DNA from: Lachnospiraceae bacterium
GTDB lineage: Bacteria; Bacillota; Clostridia; Lachnospirales; Lachnospiraceae
Reading direction: 5' to 3'
Assembly: GCA_021442455.1 (NCBI GenBank)
Contig: JABUSY010000021.1
Coordinates: forward strand, 16,630-80,629
DNA length: 64,000 nt
In this document: positions 56,339-64,000 of the stretch, piece after piece
Position numbering within the stretch: the stretch's first letter is position 1
Layout of the letters: each line of letters begins with the position of its first letter
Program-made: the position numbers and the translations under genes
Notes under the pieces: generated by a model
Told to the model about the DNA's origin: nothing
The model's input: only the letters and a program-made list of their open reading frames with translations
Database searches by the model: none

Positions 56339-57248
56339 TACTATAGGCTATGGCGTCAAGCAGGGAATTAAGAATATCTGGAGGAACAAAATGTTCTCAC
56401 TAGCCTCCATTGCGACTATGGGCGCGTGTATTTTTTTGTTTGGTTTGTTCTTTGCGCTGAACCTTAACTTTACTTATATTATGAAGAATGTGGAAAGCAA
56501 CGTGGGCATTACAGTATTTTTTAATGAAGGGTTGGATCAGGCATCAATTGATACAATTGGTCAGGAGATCCGGAATCGAACGGATATTGTGACGAAATGC
56601 AATTACGTTTCTGCAGACGAAGCATGGGAAAGTTATATAGCAGAGTATTTTGAAGGGAATACACAGGCAGCAGAGGGGTTCAAAGCAAATAAGGATAATC
56701 CGCTGAAACATTCGGCTCATTATGAGGTTTATGTCAATGAAATCGAGAAACAGAACGAGCTGGTGAATTATATAAAAGGATTGGAAGGTGTGAGAAATAT
56801 TAACCAGTCGCAGCAAGCTTCAGAAACTCTCTCTACGATCAACAGGCTAATTACTACTGTTTCAATGCTTCTCATTATCATCCTGTTAGCGGTCTCAATC
56901 TTTTTAATCAGTAATACAATCTCTGTAGGAGTTTCAGTGCGAAAGGAAGAAATAGGAATTATGAAATTGATTGGAGCTACAGATACATTCGTAAGGCTTC
57001 CATTTATATTGGAAGGTATCCTAATTGGTTTGGTCGGTGCGGCTATTCCACTGACGGCCCTGTATTTTCTGTATAATCAGGCCATAGAGTATATACTTAC
57101 AAAATTCAGTGTGCTACAAAATTTTATGAACGGCTTGCAGCCTGTCAATCATGTCTTTCAGTTTCTACTTCCAGTAGGATTGATACTTGGTATGGGAATT
57201 GGTTTTGTGGGAAGTTTCTTTACAATCCGAAAGCATCTGAAAGTTTGA
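56328..57248 (+). CDS. ftsX: Cell division permease FtsX
   Basis: NIWRNKMFSLAS, ISNTI...RKEEIGIMKLIGAT..FVRLPF and four TM helices. Confidence 0.95.
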   Translation: MKINTIGYGVKQGIKNIWRNKMFSLASIATMGACIFLFGLFFALNLNFTYIMKNVESNVGITVFFNEGLDQASIDTIGQEIRNRTDIVTKCNYVSADEAWESYIAEYFEGNTQAAEGFKANKDNPLKHSAHYEVYVNEIEKQNELVNYIKGLEGVRNINQSQQASETLSTINRLITTVSMLLIIILLAVSIFLISNTISVGVSVRKEEIGIMKLIGATDTFVRLPFILEGILIGLVGAAIPLTALYFLYNQAIEYILTKFSVLQNFMNGLQPVNHVFQFLLPVGLILGMGIGFVGSFFTIRKHLKV

Positions 57249-57262
57249 AAAAAATTTTTTGA

Positions 57263-57292
57263 GACGGAGGAATGTCTCCTCCGTCCTTTGTT
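57263..57292 (+). terminator. Probable intrinsic terminator after ftsX
   Basis: GACGGAGGA-ATGTC-TCCTCCGTC stem-loop followed by CTTTGTT. Confidence 0.55.
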
Positions 57293-57325
57293 ATATAATG
57301 ACTGAAACTGTGAAGGAGTGTTAAT

Positions 57326-58495
57326 ATGGAGGACAAGAAAAATAAGAGCTTCGGTATTCAATATTTGTTTAAAAATATTCTTGTTATCTGCCTAGCGCTT
57401 GAAGTTCTGTATTTTGTGATTATGTGTTTTCCGCTTGGAGGCGTACCGAATATTTTTCATACTCAGAGAAAGATTCAGGAAATTGAACATCTGATTGAAA
57501 ATCATTATTTAGGCGAGGTAGAGAAACAACATCAAGCAGATTGTATGTTTCTGGGTTTGGTGGAAGGGCTAGGGGATCGGTATTCAACATATTATACTCA
57601 GGAAGAATATGCGCAACTCAAAAAGAAACAGGATGGCGTCTTTGTAGGTATCGGAATAACAATTGTGCAGAGAAGTGAAGATAAAAAAATTCAGGTATTT
57701 GAATGTATAGAAGATTCCCCGGCTGCAAAAGCCGGCGTAAAATCTGGCGATGTGATCGAAAGCGTTGAGGGTAAAAATGTCACAGGGATGAGTAGCAAAC
57801 AGGTGATGGAGCTGATTCAGAAGTCAGATAATACTACAATTACTATGGTGTTGACAAGGGAAGGCAGTGATGCGTCGATAACAGTTGAGATTGCCAAAGA
57901 AACGGTGAAAATAAAATTTGTCAAAGGAGAGATGCTGAAAAACCAGATCGGGTATATTCAGATCACGGATTTTACAGATGTGACTTCTTCACAGTTCGAG
58001 AAAATATATGAGGAGTTAAAGGAGAAGGGATTGCAAAAACTCGTTATCGATTTAAGGGATAATCCGGGAGGACTGTTGGATGGTGTCTGCGACACTTTGA
58101 GTCAGATTCTGCCTGAAGGTATAATTGTCTATACAAAGGATAAGGATGGTAACCAGAACAAACGGGATTGCGCAGGTAGGACGCCGATTGACATTCCATT
58201 GGTGATACTTGTAAATGAAGGGAGTGCCAGCGCGTCAGAGATATTTGCTGGGGCGGTTAAAGATTATGGCATTGGAACCTTGGTTGGAGAAAAGACTTTT
58301 GGAAAAGGTATCGTACAGAATACTTATAAGCTGTCGGACGGAAGTGTAGTTAAGCTAACGGTGGCTCATTATTATACGCCGAAGGGAGATGATATCAACG
58401 GAACGGGAATTATACCGGACGTAGAAGTGAAAGAGCCGGAGGAGAGCAAAACTGATGTACAGCTTGACAAAGCGCTGGAAATTTTGACTTCCTGA
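57326..58495 (+). CDS. S41 C-terminal processing protease (CtpA-like)
   Basis: N-terminal TM, PDZ (FVGIGI), DLRDNPGG, NEGSASASE and KTFGKG. Confidence 0.93.
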   Translation: MEDKKNKSFGIQYLFKNILVICLALEVLYFVIMCFPLGGVPNIFHTQRKIQEIEHLIENHYLGEVEKQHQADCMFLGLVEGLGDRYSTYYTQEEYAQLKKKQDGVFVGIGITIVQRSEDKKIQVFECIEDSPAAKAGVKSGDVIESVEGKNVTGMSSKQVMELIQKSDNTTITMVLTREGSDASITVEIAKETVKIKFVKGEMLKNQIGYIQITDFTDVTSSQFEKIYEELKEKGLQKLVIDLRDNPGGLLDGVCDTLSQILPEGIIVYTKDKDGNQNKRDCAGRTPIDIPLVILVNEGSASASEIFAGAVKDYGIGTLVGEKTFGKGIVQNTYKLSDGSVVKLTVAHYYTPKGDDINGTGIIPDVEVKEPEESKTDVQLDKALEILTS

Positions 58496-59869
58496 TTTCT
58501 TTTTGCGGGAAAAGATAAAACGATATTAGGAAGTAAAAAAGATGAAAATACAGCTGGTTATGAAAAAACGGAAGGAGTTATCTACGAGAGTAGAGGATCA
58601 ACCTGTCTTTGAAGGTAAAAGGAGATAAACTATTTGACACGGATACGATCGGATTTTGTTTAATCGTAGATTTGTCTGTGTTGTCTCAAGAGTATATTAT
58701 GAGTACGGAGGATGGTTGGACCTGAATAGAAATAAGACTTCGCAAAAGAGAGGGAGTTATGAATATGTTGTACTAAATTTCGGAATTAGGTGAATGTTTC
58801 TGTTTGGTTAAACTGTTTGGTAATTTTGAGATAAAAAGGACTTAGGTTGTTTCGCTCGGTTTCAGGAAGAAAGGTTTACATCAGGCAGTATGGTATTAAA
58901 TGAAATGGGAAAGTCTGCTCTAGGTGTTTTTTAACATGAGCAATTATGAAGATTATAACAAAGGAAGAAGGTATGGATATCTGGATGCGCTCACAAAGGA
59001 GATTGTCAATATCCTGGATTTGATCACGGAACTTGGAAAGGGGTAGTAGTGAATGTGTGATTGGCAGATTGTATCTATTACATCAGGGAGTAGGAGGAAT
59101 AAAAGTGACAGAAATATAAGAATTATTCGGAGATTTAGATGTTGGATTTTGTGTATCATATACCGATAAACAGCTTCTATTATACTAATTTCGATATTGT
59201 CACCTGTAAACTGCTTTATACATGAAAAAAGTTAAGAAAGAAATATTTCAGGTAAAAAGCATTTTGGTTGAAAAATGCTTCAGAATAGGATGGATAGCCT
59301 TTATCCATTTTTTTTGTTACCAAAACTTTTTAAGTAGCCAGAGTGTCTCATTGTCAAGTAGTGGATGAAATAAATTAGTCTTTTGAATCGTTTTTATGAC
59401 AATGATGATATTTTGATTAAATAGGTTGATGATCGTACTGTTTATATGGTAGCATTCCGTAGATGTAACTAAGCAGTCGGAATATTCAGAAAGAAGTTGA
59501 CACAGATCTTCAAGTGTAAGGCTGGGAAGATTTTGTTGATGTAGAGGATTTCAGAAAATAGGCGAACGGGAGTTCCGCTGCTTAAGTGCATCTATGATCT
59601 AGATAGTTTAAAGGATGTTAAATGATAATTATGGAATTATCAAAGAAGGAAGAAGAGGACTCTCTTGTCTGAAGTAGATTGTATTATAGCATATAGCATC
59701 TGAGCATAGAAGTTTTCGTTTTCTGGATGAGTGGCAATAAATTTTTGATTGTTTTCTTAAGTATGGAAGGTAGACAGTCGTTTTAAAGTATGAGATTTCA
59801 ACTGTATAATAAGATTCAGTTGAAAAAAGAAATCCTCAGAAAGATCCAGAATTTCCATTTTATTTTTTT

Positions 59870-60340
59870 CTGATTGTTGATCTTCGACATGGACGATTGC
59901 AAGCATATATAATGAACTTTATAACAGAAAATTTGAGGATGAAGTTTTGCAAATTATCTCTCAAGTAGATCTATTCTATTCTTCCTGGGAATGCGGAGCG
60001 GTACCGAATGGATGGGAATAAGTTCTGCTTTCTGTTTAAAGGTTCTTGGCTTTTAAAAAATCAGGTTTTGGTCTCAAAGGATTCAGGAAGTATTCCAGAA
60101 TCAGTAGCAGTATAACGGAATATTATTGTATGGTATTAGGCAGTGAATCTTTTTATCTGTAGAATGGAAACTCTGATCAAATATGTAGTCTATGAGCTAG
60201 AATTTACGAAAAATAACGGACAAAACAGGTCCAAGATATTTCATTGTCCAGGTTTTTGGTACCATAAGAGAGAGTTACTTCTGAATGAACTTGCTCGGAG
60301 AAAGTATGTAAGGCTTATTCTTTTGGAAGGTTTATATCGG
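59870..60340 (+). pseudogene. GGDEF-domain protein remnant
   Basis: LIFDMDDCKHI/NELYNRKFEDEVLQIISQ and YRMDGNKFCFLF resemble DIDxFKxINDxYGHxFGDEVL and YRxGGDEF. Upstream parts of the gene probably extend further left. Confidence 0.65.
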
Positions 60341-60390
60341 TGAAAAAGTTTGAAAAAACAATAACTGAGATTGCAGAAAACTTAGTGTTC

Positions 60391-62364
60391 TCACAATTCT
60401 TCTAAATTTTTCTTCAATTCGATCATTTTATCCCTGAGTTTGGCCGCACTCTCAAAGTTTAGGTCGGCGGCCGCAGCTTTCATCTGATTCTGAATCTTTT
60501 CGATCAGCTTTTTAAGCTTTTCGCGACTCATACATTCCAGATTTGTTTCCAGATAGTTTTCCTTATGGGTTTTGGAGATACTAATCAGATCCTTGACGCT
60601 TTTCTGGATGGTTTTTGGGGTGATGTTATGTTCTTGGTTATAAGCTTCTTGAACCTCTCGGCGTCTTGTTGTTTCCTCAATGGCATGGCGCATGGATTCA
60701 GTTATTACATCCGCGTACATGATGACATGGCCGTTTATATTCCGGGCGGCTCGACCGATAGTCTGGATTAGCGAGGTTTCTGAACGGAGAAAGCCTTCTT
60801 TGTCGGCGTCAAGAATGGCCACAAGGGTGATTTCCGGAATATCAAGCCCTTCACGGAGCAGGTTGATACCGACCAGGACATCAAATATATCTAAGCGAAT
60901 ATCGCGGATGATTTTTATTCGTTCAATGGCATCGATATCGGAATGAAGGTAACGAACCCTGATCCCAGACTCTTTCATATAGTCCGTGAGATCTTCTGCC
61001 ATGCGTTTGCTGAGTGTTGTGATTAGGACTTTGTGATGCAGTGCGCTCTCGTTGTTAACTTCACAGATCAGGTTATCAATCTGCCCTGTGGCAGGGCGCA
61101 CCGTTACTCTTGGATCCAGAAGGCCTGTGGGACGAATGATTTGTTTGGCTCTCAGAAGTTCGTGATCGGCCTCATACTGGCCCGGTGTGGCAGATACGAA
61201 TAGGATTTGGTTAATCTTGCTTTCGAATTCTTGAAAGCTTAGAGGGCGATTATCCTTGGCAGAAGGGAGGCGAAACCCATATTCTACTAGAGTAGTCTTG
61301 CGTGACTGGTCTCCGGAAAACATTCCTTCAATTTGTGGAATCGTCTTGTGGGATTCATCAATGATGATGAAAAAATCTTTTGGAAAGAAATCTATCAGTG
61401 TATAGGGTGCTTGTCCAGGCTTTAGACATGACATGTGCCGAGAATAATTTTCTATGCCGGAACAAATTCCTGTTTCACGAAGCATTTCAATATCGAAATT
61501 TGTTCGTTCTTCGATCCGCTGGGCTTCCAGGAACTTTCCTGCATTTTTAAAATAGCGGACTCGCTCTTCTAATTCTTTTTTTATTTCTTTGGTTACTTTC
61601 AACATCGTTTTTATGGGGAGAACGTAATGATTAACGGGGGAGATAGTCACATATTTTAATTCCGAGCGTATTCTTCCAGTGAGCGCGTCGATCTGTGTGA
61701 TGCGGTCGATTTCGTTGCCGAAAAATTCGATGCGGACAGCTATATCGCTTTCCTTGGCTGGAATAATTTCCACTACATCCCCTCGCACACGAAAGGTACC
61801 TCTATGAAATTCTATCTCATTTCGTTCGTACTGTATATCAATCAACTCCCTGATTACTTCGTCCCGGTCCTTTTGCATACCTGAGTGCAGGGCGATGATC
61901 ATTTTCACATAATCTTTTGGGCTTCCCAGACCGTAAATACAGGAAACACTGGATACGACAATGACGTCCTTCCGATCGATCAGGGAAGAAGTGGTGGATA
62001 GGCGTAATTTGTCGATTTCATCATTTATAGAGGAGTCCTTGGAGATATACGTATCGGAAGAGGGCACGTAGGCTTCTGGTTGATAGTAATCGTAGTAGGA
62101 GACAAAATACTCCACTGCGTTATCAGGGAACATCTCCTTGAATTCTCCGTACAATTGAGCAGCAAGTGTTTTATTATGTGCGATAACGAGAGTTGGCTTC
62201 TGTAACTCCTGGATAACATTCGCCATCGTAAAAGTTTTACCTGAACCTGTAACCCCTAGTAAAGTTTGGCATTGATTGCCTTTCTTGAATCCTTTGACTA
62301 GATCTTCGATAGCCTTCGGTTGGTCTCCGGTAGGCTGATATTCGGATTGTAATTTGAACTCCAT
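60391..62364 (-). CDS. uvrB: Excinuclease ABC subunit B
   Basis: [41 protein letters not shown] and the C-terminal UVR domain; AAGGAGG RBS. Confidence 0.98.
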   Translation of the reverse strand: MEFKLQSEYQPTGDQPKAIEDLVKGFKKGNQCQTLLGVTGSGKTFTMANVIQELQKPTLVIAHNKTLAAQLYGEFKEMFPDNAVEYFVSYYDYYQPEAYVPSSDTYISKDSSINDEIDKLRLSTTSSLIDRKDVIVVSSVSCIYGLGSPKDYVKMIIALHSGMQKDRDEVIRELIDIQYERNEIEFHRGTFRVRGDVVEIIPAKESDIAVRIEFFGNEIDRITQIDALTGRIRSELKYVTISPVNHYVLPIKTMLKVTKEIKKELEERVRYFKNAGKFLEAQRIEERTNFDIEMLRETGICSGIENYSRHMSCLKPGQAPYTLIDFFPKDFFIIIDESHKTIPQIEGMFSGDQSRKTTLVEYGFRLPSAKDNRPLSFQEFESKINQILFVSATPGQYEADHELLRAKQIIRPTGLLDPRVTVRPATGQIDNLICEVNNESALHHKVLITTLSKRMAEDLTDYMKESGIRVRYLHSDIDAIERIKIIRDIRLDIFDVLVGINLLREGLDIPEITLVAILDADKEGFLRSETSLIQTIGRAARNINGHVIMYADVITESMRHAIEETTRRREVQEAYNQEHNITPKTIQKSVKDLISISKTHKENYLETNLECMSREKLKKLIEKIQNQMKAAAADLNFESAAKLRDKMIELKKNLEEL

Positions 62365-62568
62365 TGTATTTTACCTCCTTGGTAATTTAATAAAAATTTT
62401 GTCAATTTACAATACCATTTTATTTCAAGTTTTTTACCGTTCCCATATCAATAAAATCCGGTTTTGCATCTCATTATTATATCGCAGGAGAAGGTGTTTG
62501 ATCTTTATTTTTTTCTTCTGCTGATTTACTGCTTTTCTCTCGTTTTTTAATATTGTTTCATTTATTTT

Positions 62569-62598
62569 TCAAACTCAGAAATATATTTCTGAGTTTGA
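62569..62598. repeat. Perfect 30-bp palindrome TCAAACTCAGAAATATATTTCTGAGTTTGA
   Basis: Self-complementary with no spacer, about 200 nt upstream of uvrB. Confidence 0.95.
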
Positions 62599-64000
62599 CT
62601 TATTCGGAAAACTTCATATTTTTTTCTACTTTTTGATAGGGCATATCATGAGAGATTTCACCTTTTTCATCCAAATACATCTTTATAGAAAATCAGTTAT
62701 TTTTCAAAAATTACTTTATCTGTTCTATCTAATTTCGCATACTCACTTATTGAGTTAATTTATTAATTTTGCAATAAACATTGTCATTAGTTACTTTAAT
62801 GGGGAAATACTAATATTTTTTGACTTTCTTCCGTTTGTAGTATTTTTCGTTGCGTTTTTTCAGTAACTATAAAATGAAGTTTATTTTAAATAAATGCATA
62901 AAAATTCTTTATCATTTTTCTCTTTTTATCGTAATCAAAAACTACACTGTTCGCATATATTTGTGATTTTTGGATATTATTTTACGTTCACTATTTATAC
63001 TTTCCTTCCTTATCAATAAAACTGATTCTTTTTTAAAACAGTTGCGTCTATTTTAAAATTTTCTGCGAAAAGATTTTTCTATATATTTTAAATTCCTTGG
63101 TTATTCAATAACTTTATAGTTTCTTTTGCTTTGATGGTATTCAAAAGCTATCATCCTCGAATATAACATTTACATATAGGTAAATATTTATTCGTTATAA
63201 TCTCTTTCTATGCAATCATTAAACATGTGTGTTTTATATTACTTTTATATACTACAATGTATAATTTTATATCAAATTTTTGGCATGTTTCTTCCGAATT
63301 TTGACACTATTTTAAAAAATTTTTCTCCAATCTCTGTTTAGATACAATTTTTTTTGTAATACTAATTCTTAAATTCAAAAACCATATAATTATTCAGTAA
63401 AGATCCTTGAGGAATTCCAAAAACTGTTTTATTAGTCAGTTGGATGAATATTGGATGTTCATGCGAGAAATGCCTTCTGTAGTTTTCATATGTTCTTTCA
63501 TAAAATATTAAAATTTGTTGCAAACAGTTTTTTAAGTATGGCAGAACAGGTTTTTTATACTGTTTTTATTGGATCAGTGATTGTAATCTTTGTAAGGGCT
63601 GCAATGTTTCATCCGTCAGGCGTTATTACTGAAAATGGAACTTCGTTCTTTAAATTCATGATACAAGACTTCAACATTTTTGCACAGTTTAGTTAGAAAT
63701 CTAGACAATGAGTATTTGATGGTTTTTGTAGATCATAATAAAAACAGATTACAGACAGCATTCACTTTGCGTGTATCTTGAGCATCGAAGAAAGTAAAAT
63801 TGTCTGATGAAGAAGCTTTATATGCTATCTCCTAAAGTATTTTGACAGATAGATTACTTTCAGAAAGGCATTCTCATAGTAAATTCCATTTATAGATCAA
63901 TATGAAAAAAACAACGAAAATAAATCCGTTATGTTGCATATCAATATAGGTTAATAAAAGTTATTCTTTATCTGCGGGTATAGAGTGTAAAGAGAAAGTC

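Noticed and set aside
5771-62219. Numerous 60-176 aa ORFs antisense to or overlapping core genes (e.g. 27684-28214, 23207-23662, 21248-21727)
   Set aside because: Shadow ORFs with no recognisable motifs or RBS.
60391-62364. Recent inversion of uvrB
   Set aside because: uvrB sense codons look C-ending-rich, as expected for a long-term lagging-strand gene, and I found no breakpoint repeats.
1-64000. Low coding density as a sequencing artefact (long-read frameshifts)
   Set aside because: Essential genes of 2 kb or more are perfectly open, while non-essential ones carry substitutions, stops and large deletions. Random errors would not be this function-selective.

Overview
This is a core-genome window from a Lachnospiraceae-like Clostridia bacterium. 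The assignment rests on the long-insertion bL17, the gene order and typical hypothetical families. The genome is being heavily eroded. By my hand tally the ~35 intact CDS cover only about 33-34 kb of 64 kb (~52%). The rest is AT-richer decayed DNA in which several expected genes are still readable in their ancestral positions: yesM/yesN-like two-component genes, rsmB, rlmN, rsgA, thiN, spoVD, spoVE/ftsW, hprK, a CdaR/PucR-type regulator and a GGDEF protein. aroE carries a single fresh nonsense codon. Intact genes are priA-def-fmt-yugP, stp-prkC, rpe, ychF, the dcw cluster (mraZ rsmH ftsL bPBP mraY murD ftsQ ftsZ), aroD, a three-gene operon of unknown function (Zn-ribbon membrane protein, DUF5685-like protein, Cys-tailed J-domain protein), uvrC, rpmJ-rpsM-rpsK-rpsD-rpoA-rplQ, an SDR, fba, glnA type III, ftsEX, ctpA and uvrB. 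The overall pattern suggests a host-restricted, probably non-sporulating symbiont at an intermediate stage of genome reduction (inference). The most notable observations are a full-length PriA with a destroyed helicase motif VI, selective loss of the SpoVD/SpoVE pair, and the surviving uncharacterised operon. I saw no rRNA, tRNA, CRISPR array or intact mobile element. Pseudogene identities come from manual translation and remembered consensus motifs, and their boundaries are approximate.
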